A stretch of 63,869 nucleotides of DNA, the filler included, from an uncultured bacterium (GTDB lineage Bacteria; CAYJRR01): NCBI GenBank assembly GCA_964372275.1. It is 6 parts of 5 records of this genome, joined end to end, with 100 filler letters (N's around TTAATTAATTAA, not from the genome) between each part and the next. Parts side by side here need not be neighbours in the genome. Positions count along the whole stretch, not along the records: positions 38,838 to 51,474 come from CAYJRR010000003.1; positions 51,575 to 58,686 come from CAYJRR010000004.1; 4 more parts are not named here. One strand, given 5' to 3'. Below, one piece after another: positions 44,138 through 54,496 of this stretch. The notes under the pieces are model-generated. The model searched no databases. It was not told where the DNA came from and saw only the letters and a list, made by a program, of their open reading frames with translations. Both the position numbers and the translations under genes were made by a program. Within the stretch, counting starts at the first letter, position 1. Every line of letters begins with the position of its first letter.

Positions 44138-44245
44138 GCTTCGGTTGTTTCGACTGAGGTGTCATTCAAAACTGGACGCACCGGCTGGCGTCCGCTATCT
44201 CTCCCGGTTCGCGCCGGGGAGTGGCGCGGGGAAGCGAGGCTGCCG

Positions 44246-46048
44246 GTGCGTCTCTCGATCGTTCCGCTCGCCGTGTTCGCGCTGTCGATCCTCTCCGTCG
44301 GATGCTCCCCGCGCGACGCCCGGCCGCCGCTCGGGGAGGCGTCCCCCACGCCGACGCCGACCGCCACCCCGGCCGTTTCCTGCGCCGACCGGCCCGCCCG
44401 CTGCACGGCGTGGAACCGGCTCGAGCGATGCGAGCCCGACGGAGTCACCTGGTCGACGACCGTCTGCGCCGGCGGCTGCTACGACGGCGCCTGCTCGCTG
44501 TCTGCCTGCGCCGACGAGTGCGCGCTCGGCGCGACGGGAACGGACGGAACCTGCGGCCTCTGGGACCTCGCGCTGGGAACGTTTGTCGAGCCCGATCCGG
44601 TCGCCTTCGCCGTCGACCGCGCGCGCGACTACGACGCGCGCCTGTTCGTCCACAACCTGCCGCACGGCGCGGTCGCCAACACCCACTACACCGACAGCAG
44701 CCTCGAAGAGCTGTCGTTCCACGCCGACCTCGGCGACTCGGCGTTGTGGACCGGATCGCTCCTGGCCGCGGAGGCCTGGCGCGCGGAGGCCACCGGCAGC
44801 CCGGCCGCCGCCGCGCGGATGGCGACGTTGGTCGAGACGCTGCACCGCGACTTCGCCATCACCGGGCACCCCGGCTACCTCGCGCGCTTCGCCGCGCCGG
44901 CCGGCTCGCCGTACGTGCCGGAGTTGGAGTCGAGCTGCGACCTGACCCACCACTGCGATGTCGATTACGAAGGGGAGGCCTGGTCGTGGCTCGGACACAC
45001 CAGCCGCGACCAGTACACCGGGGTGATGCTGGGCCTCCTGCTCGCCTACCGCGCGACCCACGACGAGGCGCTTCGCGAGACGATCCGCGAGGACGTGGTG
45101 GGGGTGGCGCGGGAGCTCGCCACCGTCCGGACCGGCGTGCCGGTCCACGTCGTGCTCGGGTCGATCCCGATCGACACCACCATGACGCTGGAGAACGTGA
45201 TCCTCAGCCCCAGCGAGACGATCGACGGACGGGTGTGGCTCGTGGTCGACACCGGGAACTTCTCCAACACCGATCTCTACGGGGCCCGCGAATTCCTCCC
45301 CGACCTGTCGACCGCGCTCACGCAGATCCCCGGCTTCTCCTGGCTGCCGCCGATCAAGCGGGCCTCGTCGTCGATCATGCTCGGCGCCTTCCTGCGGATG
45401 GCGATCGAGATGACCGAGGGGGTTCCGGGGCGCGAGTCCGACCACGCGATGCTCTCCGCTTACTACGAGGACCACGCCGACGCCTGGCTCGCCGACGCCA
45501 AGAGTTGGACCTTCGACTCGGAATGCGGTTCCGGCTACTACTCGACGCACATCGCCTACATCTCCGCCTACGCCTGGGCGGCCACCGAGACCGACGACGC
45601 GCGTCTGGCGGAGATCCGCGACGCGGTGCTGACCAACCGGATGTGGAGCGCCGTCGACGACCACAAGAACGCCTACTTCGCCTTCCTGTGGGGCGGCGTC
45701 GCGCCCGGGGTCGGCGCCGGCGACCCGGCGATCGCCGGCGCCGCCGCGCAGCTGGCGCAGTTCCCGGCCGCGCCGCGCGTCAACCGTCCGGTCGATCACG
45801 TCGCCGACTACCCGAACTCCTCCTCGTGCACCCACAACGGCCAACCGCAGTCGACGGTCGCCGTCGACGTCGGCGATCGGCTCGCCGACGAGTTCATCTG
45901 GGAGCGGGGACCGTGGGCCCTCTACACCGAAGGGAACCCGGCGCAGGTGTACTCGGGGACCGACTACCTGGCGGCGTACTGGGCGGGACGGCGCCACGGC
46001 CTCGTCGCCGATGACCGGCCCGGCACCTGCGCCCGCTGGGCGCCGTAG
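44246..46048 (+). CDS. Lipoprotein with Cys-rich N-region and large probably helical-barrel domain, function unknown
   Basis: Lipobox LSVGC, PT linker, Cys-rich module, GDSALWTG, GYLAR, TSRDQYTG, GTDYLAAYW. Confidence 0.7.
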   Translation: MRLSIVPLAVFALSILSVGCSPRDARPPLGEASPTPTPTATPAVSCADRPARCTAWNRLERCEPDGVTWSTTVCAGGCYDGACSLSACADECALGATGTDGTCGLWDLALGTFVEPDPVAFAVDRARDYDARLFVHNLPHGAVANTHYTDSSLEELSFHADLGDSALWTGSLLAAEAWRAEATGSPAAAARMATLVETLHRDFAITGHPGYLARFAAPAGSPYVPELESSCDLTHHCDVDYEGEAWSWLGHTSRDQYTGVMLGLLLAYRATHDEALRETIREDVVGVARELATVRTGVPVHVVLGSIPIDTTMTLENVILSPSETIDGRVWLVVDTGNFSNTDLYGAREFLPDLSTALTQIPGFSWLPPIKRASSSIMLGAFLRMAIEMTEGVPGRESDHAMLSAYYEDHADAWLADAKSWTFDSECGSGYYSTHIAYISAYAWAATETDDARLAEIRDAVLTNRMWSAVDDHKNAYFAFLWGGVAPGVGAGDPAIAGAAAQLAQFPAAPRVNRPVDHVADYPNSSSCTHNGQPQSTVAVDVGDRLADEFIWERGPWALYTEGNPAQVYSGTDYLAAYWAGRRHGLVADDRPGTCARWAP

Positions 46049-46163
46049 CGTTCCGCTACGCCGATACGGCGCCCGGCGTCGCGCCGCCGCCGGCACCGGC
46101 GTCCGGGGGCGCGGTCGCGACCGCCGCCTCGGTCTCTGCCGCGACCGCAACCGCGGAGGCGAT

Positions 46164-46796
46164 CTAGCCTTGGAACCGCACGCGGCCGTCGACCAGCCGC
46201 GCCTTGCCGGTCGCGACGAGGCGCACCGCTTCGGGATAGATCCGATGCTCCTGCTCCAGAATCCTCGCCGCGAGGCGGTCCTCGTCGTCGTCGGGCAGGA
46301 CCGGCACGGCCGCCTGCAGCAGGATCGGCCCGGTGTCGGTGCCGCCGTCGACGAAGTGCACGGTGCAGCCGGAGACGCGCACGCCGTGGCGGATCGCCTG
46401 CCGCGTGGCGTGCATTCCCGGAAAGGCGGGGAGCAGGCTCGGGTGGACGTTGAGCACGCGGCCGGGGAAGGCGTCGAGGAAGACGGGCGTCAGCAGGCGC
46501 ATGAAGCCGGCGAGGCAGACCAGATCGACCCGGTGGGCCCGCATGCGTTCGACGAGTGCGCGGTCGTAGGCGGCCCGGTCGGCGAACGCGCCGTGGAGGA
46601 GCGTCTCGAACGGGACGTGGGCCTTCGCGGCGCGGTCGAGCGCGGCGGCGCCGGCGACGTTGGAGAGTACGACGGCAACGTCCGCGCCGAGCGTCCCGGC
46701 CTTCGCGTGGTCGAGCAGCGCCTGCAGGTTCGACCCACGACCCGAGACGAGTACGCCGACGCGCGTCGTCGGGCCTGCGCCGGGCGGCGGCGTCAC
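46164..46796 (-). CDS. purN: Phosphoribosylglycinamide formyltransferase
   Basis: VSGRGSNLQAL, LAGFMRLL, NVHPSLLPAFPG, GCTVHFVDGGTDTGPI. Confidence 0.95.
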   Translation of the reverse strand: MTPPPGAGPTTRVGVLVSGRGSNLQALLDHAKAGTLGADVAVVLSNVAGAAALDRAAKAHVPFETLLHGAFADRAAYDRALVERMRAHRVDLVCLAGFMRLLTPVFLDAFPGRVLNVHPSLLPAFPGMHATRQAIRHGVRVSGCTVHFVDGGTDTGPILLQAAVPVLPDDDEDRLAARILEQEHRIYPEAVRLVATGKARLVDGRVRFQG

Positions 46797-47905
46797 GCCA
46801 CGATCTCGCACGTGGGCTCCGGACCGTCCCCGGCGAGGAGTTCGCCCAGGCGCCAGGCGCGATCGCCGTGCGCCTTCGCCAGCGCGACCGTGGCGTCGAC
46901 CTCGGACGCCGGCACGACCGCGATCAGCCCGACCCCCATGTTGAAGGTCCGGAACATCTCGTCGACCGGCACGTTCCCCGCCTCGCGCACCAGCTCGAAG
47001 ACGGGTGGCACGCGCCAGCTGGTGGAGTCGACGATCGCGCGTGTGCCGGCGGGGAGCACGCGCGGCAGGTTCCCCTCGATCCCGCCTCCGGTGACGTGCG
47101 CAAGCGCGCGCGCGCCGTTCGCCGCCAGCTCCCCCGCGAGCTTGGCGTAGATGCGGGTCGGCGCGAGCAGCGCCTCGCCGAGGGTCGTTCCCAACGACGG
47201 CACGAACTGCCGCAGGCGCGCGGCGGGGGAGGGGGAGCCCGGACGCTCGGCGAGCAGCGCCTTGCGCACCAGGGAGTATCCGTTGCTGTGCAGCCCGCTC
47301 GAGGCGACCGCGACGAGCGCGTCGCCGGGACGCGCGGCGGAGCCGTCGAGGATCTTCGCGCGCTCGACGACGCCGACGCCGAATCCGGCCAGGTCGTACT
47401 CCCCGTCGGCGTAGAAGCCGGGCATCTCCGCCGTCTCGCCGCCGACCAGCGCGCAGCCGGCCTGCGTGCAGCCCTCGGCGATCCCACGGATCACCGCCTC
47501 CCCCTGGTCGACGGAGAGCCGCCCGGTGGCGAAGTAGTCGAGGAGGAACAGCGGCTCGGCGCCGCAGGTGACCAGGTCGTTGACCACCATCCCCACCAGG
47601 TCGATCCCGATCGTGTCGTGCTTCTGGAGGAGGAAGGCGAGCTTGAGCTTGGTCCCGACGCCGTCGGTCGACGAGACGAGGATCGGCTCGCGGTACGTCG
47701 ACGGAATCGCGGTCAGCGCGCTGAAGCCGCCGACGCCGGCCAGCACCTCGGCCCGGCGCGTGGCCGCCGCCAGCGGGCCGATGCGGTCGACCAGCCGGTC
47801 ACCGGCCTCGATGTCGACCCCGGCGTCGCGGTAGGTCGTCGCGGCGCGCCCGGCGGTCGCGGCGCGCGCGCTCTCGGTCTTCGGCGGCGTTCGTTCGTCC
47901 GGCAT
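46793..47905 (-). CDS. purM: Phosphoribosylformylglycinamidine cyclo-ligase
   Basis: TYRDAGVDI, STDGVGTK, GGETAEMPG, SSGLHSNGYSL, HVTGGG, TFNMGVG. Confidence 0.96.
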   Translation of the reverse strand: MPDERTPPKTESARAATAGRAATTYRDAGVDIEAGDRLVDRIGPLAAATRRAEVLAGVGGFSALTAIPSTYREPILVSSTDGVGTKLKLAFLLQKHDTIGIDLVGMVVNDLVTCGAEPLFLLDYFATGRLSVDQGEAVIRGIAEGCTQAGCALVGGETAEMPGFYADGEYDLAGFGVGVVERAKILDGSAARPGDALVAVASSGLHSNGYSLVRKALLAERPGSPSPAARLRQFVPSLGTTLGEALLAPTRIYAKLAGELAANGARALAHVTGGGIEGNLPRVLPAGTRAIVDSTSWRVPPVFELVREAGNVPVDEMFRTFNMGVGLIAVVPASEVDATVALAKAHGDRAWRLGELLAGDGPEPTCEIVA

Positions 47906-48008
47906 CGTTCGGGTGGCGCGCGAGTACACCACAGGCGCCCGGCGGCGCAAGGCCAAGCGCCTGCCGACGCGCCGCCCGTCCGGGTTCGCGGTGTGGTATG
48001 AAGCCGCC

Positions 48009-48965
48009 GTGTCTTCGGTGGGATCCCCGTTCGACCTGCGCGACGAGGTGCGCGACGCGATCGAGCACGAACGCCCGGTGGTGGCGCTCGAGACGACGCT
48101 GGTGACCCACGGTCTCCCCGCGCCGCGCGGAATCGAGACGGCGCGCGCCGCCGAGGCCGCGGTGCGCAAGGCAGGGGCGGTGCCGGCCACGATCGGGGTG
48201 ATCGACGGACGGGTGGTGGTGGGGCTCGGGCCCCGGGAGCTCGAGTCGCTCGCGAAGCTGGGGATGAAGGCGGTGAAGGCGGGGAGTCGCGATCTCGGCG
48301 CGTTGATGGCCACCGGGCGGAGCGGATCGACGTCGGTCTCGGCGACGATGGCGATCGCCCACCGCGCCGGGATCCGGCTGTTCGCGACCGGCGGGATCGG
48401 CGGAGTCCATCGCGATTGGGCGCGGGTTCCCGACGTGTCGACCGACCTTCACGCGATGGCCCGCCATCCGGTGGCCGTCGTCTCGGCGGGGTTCAAGTCG
48501 GTGCTCGATGTGGCGGCGACGGCGGAACTGCTCGAATCGCTCGGCGTCCCGGTGATCGGCATCGGCGCCGAGAAGCTCGCGGGCTTCTACGTCCGGGAGA
48601 CGGCGATCGACCTCGAGCATCGGGTCGACGACCCGCCGGGGGCGGCGCGGCTGTTGCGCGCACACTGGATCGAGCTCGGTCGTCCCGAAGGGGTGCTCTT
48701 CTCCGTGCCGCCGCCGGCGAGGACGGCGATGTCGGCGAAAGAGGTCGAGCCCGCGGTCGCCGACGCCGTCCACGCCGCGGCGAAGGCCAAGATCAGCGGG
48801 AAGGCGCTGACGCCGTTCCTGCTCGACCTGGTCGTCGCCAAGCTCGGGGCCAAGGCGCTGGAGGCCAACGTCGCCCTGATCGTCCACAACGCCAAGGTCG
48901 CCGCCGAGATCGCGGTCGCGTTCGCCGGCGGCTTCGCCGCCGCCCGCCGCGCCGCGGGGTTCTGA
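48009..48965 (+). CDS. psuG: Pseudouridine-5'-phosphate glycosidase
   Basis: PVVALETTLVTHGLP, FATGGIGGVHR, DVSTDL, GFKSVLD, GKALTPFLL. Start is approximate. Confidence 0.92.
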   Translation: MSSVGSPFDLRDEVRDAIEHERPVVALETTLVTHGLPAPRGIETARAAEAAVRKAGAVPATIGVIDGRVVVGLGPRELESLAKLGMKAVKAGSRDLGALMATGRSGSTSVSATMAIAHRAGIRLFATGGIGGVHRDWARVPDVSTDLHAMARHPVAVVSAGFKSVLDVAATAELLESLGVPVIGIGAEKLAGFYVRETAIDLEHRVDDPPGAARLLRAHWIELGRPEGVLFSVPPPARTAMSAKEVEPAVADAVHAAAKAKISGKALTPFLLDLVVAKLGAKALEANVALIVHNAKVAAEIAVAFAGGFAAARRAAGF

Positions 48966-49040
48966 ACGATTCCCGGTCGATCCGACAAATCCAGGGTCGC
49001 GGCTTGCGCGTCGCCGCGCCCCGTCGTAAGGCTCTCCGCC

Positions 49041-49730
49041 GTGACGGACGAACGCCCCGCGATTCGACGCGAGCCACGCGACGCTTTTCGGGCGTTGTTC
49101 AAGGCATCGCGCGGCAAGGACGCGCTCGAGCGTTCGTTCGCGGCGTCGCACGGCTCGGTGGCGGGGGTCGACGAGGTCGGGCGAGGCTGCCTCGCCGGGC
49201 CGGTGGTGGCGGCGGCGGTGATCCTCCCGCCGGAGGCGTCGGAACGGCGGGCGCTCCGCGGGATCACCGACAGCAAGCTTCTCGACGCGCCGGCGCGCGA
49301 GGCGTGGGACCGGACGATTCGCGCGAAGGCGGTCGCCGTGTCCGTCGGGGTGGTCGAGGCGGAGGAGATCGATCGCGTCAACATCCTCAACGCCAGCTTG
49401 AAGGCGATGCGGATCGCCTTCGACGGGCTCGTACCGTCGGCGGCGTTCGCCCTGGTCGACGGCGTTTTCCGGATCCCGGGGATCGAAGCGCAGCAGCCGG
49501 TGGTGCGAGGGGACCTCCGGTGCCGGTGCATCGGCGCGGCGTCGATCGTCGCCAAGGTCTTCCGCGACCGGTTGATGGCGGAGCTCGACGCGATCTACCC
49601 GGGGTACGGTTTCGCTTCGCACAAGGGGTACTCCTGCCCCTCGCATCGGCGCGCGCTCGTGTCCCTCGGCCCCAGCAAGATCCACCGGCGCAGCTTCGAA
49701 GGGGTCGGTCCGGACGAGGAGACCGGGTGA
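49041..49730 (+). CDS. rnhB: Ribonuclease HII
   Basis: AGVDEVGRGCLAGPVV, DSKLL, AASIVAKVFRD, HKGY, HRRSF. Confidence 0.95.
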   Translation: MTDERPAIRREPRDAFRALFKASRGKDALERSFAASHGSVAGVDEVGRGCLAGPVVAAAVILPPEASERRALRGITDSKLLDAPAREAWDRTIRAKAVAVSVGVVEAEEIDRVNILNASLKAMRIAFDGLVPSAAFALVDGVFRIPGIEAQQPVVRGDLRCRCIGAASIVAKVFRDRLMAELDAIYPGYGFASHKGYSCPSHRRALVSLGPSKIHRRSFEGVGPDEETG

Positions 49731-50089
49731 AGGGGCGCGTCGCGATCGCGCGCGGAGCATGGGCCGAACGGGTGGCGGAGCGCCACCTCGTGGCCCGCGG
49801 TTGGCGGATCGTCGATCGCAACTGGCGTTGCAGGGCCGGAGAGATCGATCGCGTCGCCGTCCGCGGGCGGGTGTTGGCGTTCGTCGAGGTGAAGTCGCTG
49901 CGGGACGGCGCGTGGGAGGCGGCGGAGGCGGTCGGCTTCCGGAAGCGCGCCCGGATCGAACGCGCGGCGCGGAGCTGGCTCTTGAGCCACGCGGTGCTGG
50001 CCGGCGAGCGCGACCCGCGTTTCGACGTCGTGACGGTGACCGGTCACCGGGTGGCGCACCTGGAGAACGCCTTCGAGGCGTCGTCGTGA
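49727..50089 (+). CDS. yraN: YraN family protein
   Basis: RNWRCRAGEID, AFVEVK, RFDVV, HLENAF. Confidence 0.9.
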   Translation: MKGRVAIARGAWAERVAERHLVARGWRIVDRNWRCRAGEIDRVAVRGRVLAFVEVKSLRDGAWEAAEAVGFRKRARIERAARSWLLSHAVLAGERDPRFDVVTVTGHRVAHLENAFEASS

Positions 50090-50973
50090 TCCGCCGGGAA
50101 TCACCGGCCCCGGCGGGTGCGGGAACGCTCTTCGTCGTGCCGACGCCGATCGGGAACCTCGAGGACGTGACGCTGCGCGCGCTGCGCGTGCTGCGCGACG
50201 TCGACCGGATCGCCGCCGAGGACACGCGGCACACCAAGGTTCTTCTTCGCCACCACGGGATCGACCGGCCGATGACTTCGCTCCACGAGCACAACGAGGC
50301 GGCGAAGACGCCGTCGCTCCTGGCGAGCCTGCGCGCAGGGCGGTCGATCGCGCTGGTGACCGATGCCGGCACGCCGGGGGTCTCCGATCCCGGCTACCGG
50401 CTGATCGCGGCGGCGCGCGAAGCGGAGATCCCGGTCGAGGTCCTGCCGGGACCGTCGGCGGTGACGACGGCGCTGGTCGCGTCCGGGCTGCCGACCGACC
50501 GATTCCTCTTCGTCGGCTTCCCGCCGCGGAAGCCGGGGGCTCGCGCGCGGTGGGCCGGAGAGGTGCTCCGGTCGGGGGCGACGATCGTGCTGTTCGAGTC
50601 GCCGCGGCGGCTGGTCGAGACGCTCGGCGCGATCGCCGCGGTCGCGCCCGACCGGCCGACCGCCGTCTGCCGCGAGCTGACCAAGCGTCACGAGGAGGTG
50701 GTCCGCGGGCCGGCCGCGTCCGTTCGCGAAACGTTCGCCGCGCGGCCGGAGGTGTTGGGCGAGGTGGCGGTGGTGCTCGCGCCCTCTCCGATTGCCGCGG
50801 CTCCCGCGACCGACGCCTCGTTCGACGAAGCGGCCGAGATCGAGCGGCTTCGCGCGGAAGGGAAGCGGGACCGGGAGATTGCGCAGGCGATCGCCCGGGC
50901 GACGGGGCGGCCGAAGCGGGAGGTGTACGCGCGGCTCATCGACCGGCCGACCGGTTCCGGTCGAACCGGTTGA
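50086..50973 (+). CDS. rsmI: 16S rRNA C1402 2'-O-methyltransferase
   Basis: VPTPIGNLEDVTLRA, AEDTR, DAGTPGVSDPG, FESPRR, RELTKRHEE. Confidence 0.95.
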   Translation: MIRRESPAPAGAGTLFVVPTPIGNLEDVTLRALRVLRDVDRIAAEDTRHTKVLLRHHGIDRPMTSLHEHNEAAKTPSLLASLRAGRSIALVTDAGTPGVSDPGYRLIAAAREAEIPVEVLPGPSAVTTALVASGLPTDRFLFVGFPPRKPGARARWAGEVLRSGATIVLFESPRRLVETLGAIAAVAPDRPTAVCRELTKRHEEVVRGPAASVRETFAARPEVLGEVAVVLAPSPIAAAPATDASFDEAAEIERLRAEGKRDREIAQAIARATGRPKREVYARLIDRPTGSGRTG

Positions 50974-50998
50974 CGATACGTGTATGGCGACGTATCGT
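50970..50998 (+). promoter_or_regulatory. Sigma70-like promoter overlapped by a perfect 9-bp inverted repeat (operator-like)
   Basis: TTGACG-N17-TATCGT; ACGATACGT (50973-50981)-N8-ACGTATCGT (50990-50998). Confidence 0.7.
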
Positions 50999-51022
50999 GG
51001 AATCCACCTCCGGGGGATCCCC

Positions 51023-51196
51023 ATGTCGCGCAAGAAGATCAGCACGACCGTCTACATCACCGAAGAGCAGAACGAAAAGCTCAAGGCGCTCAACAAGAAG
51101 ACGAAGGTGCCGATCGCCGAGTACATCCGGCAGGGGATCGATCTCGCGCTGGAGAAGTACAAGAACCAGCTGCCGGGCCAGAGCCAGATGTTCTAG
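51023..51196 (+). CDS. Ribbon-helix-helix DNA-binding protein
   Basis: MSRKKISTTVYITEEQNEKLKALNKKTKVPIAEYIRQGIDLALEKY (57 aa). Confidence 0.88.
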   Translation: MSRKKISTTVYITEEQNEKLKALNKKTKVPIAEYIRQGIDLALEKYKNQLPGQSQMF

Positions 51197-51208
51197 AAAG
51201 GGGCCGGG

Positions 51209-51474
51209 TTGAAGGTCGCGGTCGTCGGAACCGGGTACGTCGGGCTCGTCGTCGGCACCTGTCTGGCCGACACCGGCAACGACGTCCTTTGCATCGACGT
51301 CGACGCCTCGAAGGTGGCGCGGCTGAATCGCGGCGAGGTTCCGATCTTCGAGCCGGGTCTGGCCGAGCTGGTGCGGAAAAACCTCGAGGGCCAGCGCCTC
51401 CGATTCACCACCGAGATCGCGGACGCTCGGGATGCGACCGTCGTCTTCATCGCCGTCGGAACGCCGTCGGCGCA
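51209..51474 (+). CDS. ugd: UDP-glucose/GDP-mannose dehydrogenase (3' partial)
   Basis: KVAVVGTGYVGLV, PIFEPGL, FIAVGTP. Confidence 0.9.
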
Positions 51475-51574
51475 NNNNNNNNNNNNNNNNNNNNNNNNNN
51501 NNNNNNNNNNNNNNNNNNTTAATTAATTAANNNNNNNNNNNNNNNNNNNNNNNNNNNNNNNNNNNNNNNNNNNN
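51475..51574. other. Artificial contig linker
   Basis: N-run + TTAATTAATTAA + N-run. Confidence 0.98.
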
Positions 51575-51603
51575 CGAAGTTGCGGCCGGGCCGTCGAGCG
51601 GAT

Positions 51604-52500
51604 CTACGGCGCGGTCGGGCTCGCCGCCGGCGTCGGGACCGGCGTCCCCGCGGCGGAGGCGTCGGGAAAAAAGAGTGGCGCGCCGAAGCGGTCGACACCG
51701 AATCGGGCGATCCGCGCCTGCGTTTCCGAAGAGACGAAATGGTCGGCGAGCGCCGTCCCCCCGGCGGCGTTCATGCGCTTGAAGCGCCGCGGGTCGAGCT
51801 CGATCACGTGATACGGATTCTCCATCCCCTGGCCGCCGTCGACCAGCACCGCCAGCGCGAGGCGATCTTTCAGCGACAGCCAGGTTCCGCGGTCGGTGAG
51901 CGTGTAGCCCCCCTTCTCCGACGCGATCAGCAGCGTCTCCCCCATCCCTTGTCCGGTGCGGAGGCGAGAGGGCGGCGGCGCGACCTCTGCGCGCCGCCAG
52001 AGCGCCTCCTCCTTGACCGCCGTGCCGCTGCGGTCATCGCGCGATACGACGACGGTCCGCGCCGGGGCGGCCCGCCCGGCGCCGGCGAACGCCGCACTCT
52101 CCGCAGCAGCCCCCGCGAGGCGGCGGAAGGCCACGGCGGGCGCCGATCCGCGGACGTTTGCGGGATCGGACGGTGGCCCGACGAGGACGAAGTCGTTGTG
52201 CATCACCGGCCGCCGCCGCACGCCGACGCCGTCGTCCATCAGCGCCCGCTCCGCGTCCGGCGCGTGCGAAAGCACCACGTCCGCGTTCCCCCGCCGCGCC
52301 ATCGCCAGCGCTTCGCCACTCCCGACCGCGATCACCTTCACCCGGTAGCCGGTCGCCGTCTCGAACGGGGGGAGGAGCTCGTCAAGGAGGCCGGAGTCCT
52401 GGGTCGAGGTAGTGGTGGCGAGGATCACCTCGCGGGGGCCGGCGGCAAGCGCGGGCGAGCTTGCAAACGCTACGAATAGGAGTGCGCGTGACAGCAGCAA
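51604..52500 (-). CDS. tupA: Tungstate ABC transporter substrate-binding protein
   Basis: ATTTSTQDSGLL, MHNDFVLVGP, SRDDRSGT, YTLTDRGTW, NPYHVI. Start uncertain (TTG 52500 assumed). Confidence 0.85.
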   Translation of the reverse strand: MLLSRALLFVAFASSPALAAGPREVILATTTSTQDSGLLDELLPPFETATGYRVKVIAVGSGEALAMARRGNADVVLSHAPDAERALMDDGVGVRRRPVMHNDFVLVGPPSDPANVRGSAPAVAFRRLAGAAAESAAFAGAGRAAPARTVVVSRDDRSGTAVKEEALWRRAEVAPPPSRLRTGQGMGETLLIASEKGGYTLTDRGTWLSLKDRLALAVLVDGGQGMENPYHVIELDPRRFKRMNAAGGTALADHFVSSETQARIARFGVDRFGAPLFFPDASAAGTPVPTPAASPTAP

Positions 52501-52610
52501 TTCAAAATTGGAAATTGAAAACGGGAAACCGACAATGTCCGGAGAACGCCTGGNNNNNNNNNNCCCGTCGTCATTGTCGGTTTTCGATTTCCAATGTCCC
52601 ATTTTCAATG
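52501..52610. repeat. Inverted AT-rich heptamer array around a 10-N gap
   Basis: Left arm TTCAAAA TTGGAAA TTGAAAA CGGGAAA CCGACAA; right arm read on the minus strand TTGAAAA TGGGACA TTGGAAA TCGAAAA CCGACAA. Confidence 0.75.
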
Positions 52611-52645
52611 GCGTTCTCCCCGTGGTCTCCCGGGAGATGGCAACC

Positions 52646-54070
<1,425 letters not shown>

Positions 54071-54211
54071 TCGAAGGGAGGAGAAGGGAGCGGGGTCAGA
54101 ATACCCCAGCCGTCCTCGGCGCGTCAAACCCTCAATTTTTCTAGGGATCGCGGGGCTCGCCCCGCGCCCCCCGGCCGCCGTATGCTCCGCCCATTCGTCC
54201 CGGAGGTTTGC

Positions 54212-54496
54212 ATGATCGCCCGCGCGTCCGCACTCGTTCTTCTCGCCGCCGTCCTCCTCCTCCCCGCTGCCGCTTCGGCGTCGTGCCGGATCCGGAACGA
54301 AACGAAGTGGTCGTTTACCGTCGAGTCGGGAAACGTCTCCAACCAGAGTGTCGGATCGAACACCACGACGTCGATCGCCTCCGGGAAGATCAAGGGGAAG
54401 AGCAAGGACGGGAAGACGATCAGCGGCTCGTGCAAGGACGGAGACGAGCTGGTGATCAAGGACGACGGGGGGATTCCGGTCCTGGAGCTCAAGTAG
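54212..54496 (+). CDS. Small secreted beta-rich protein with two Cys
   Basis: RBS GGAGG; signal MIARASALVLLAAVLLLPAAASA; mature region about 71 aa. Confidence 0.75.
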   Translation: MIARASALVLLAAVLLLPAAASASCRIRNETKWSFTVESGNVSNQSVGSNTTTSIASGKIKGKSKDGKTISGSCKDGDELVIKDDGGIPVLELK

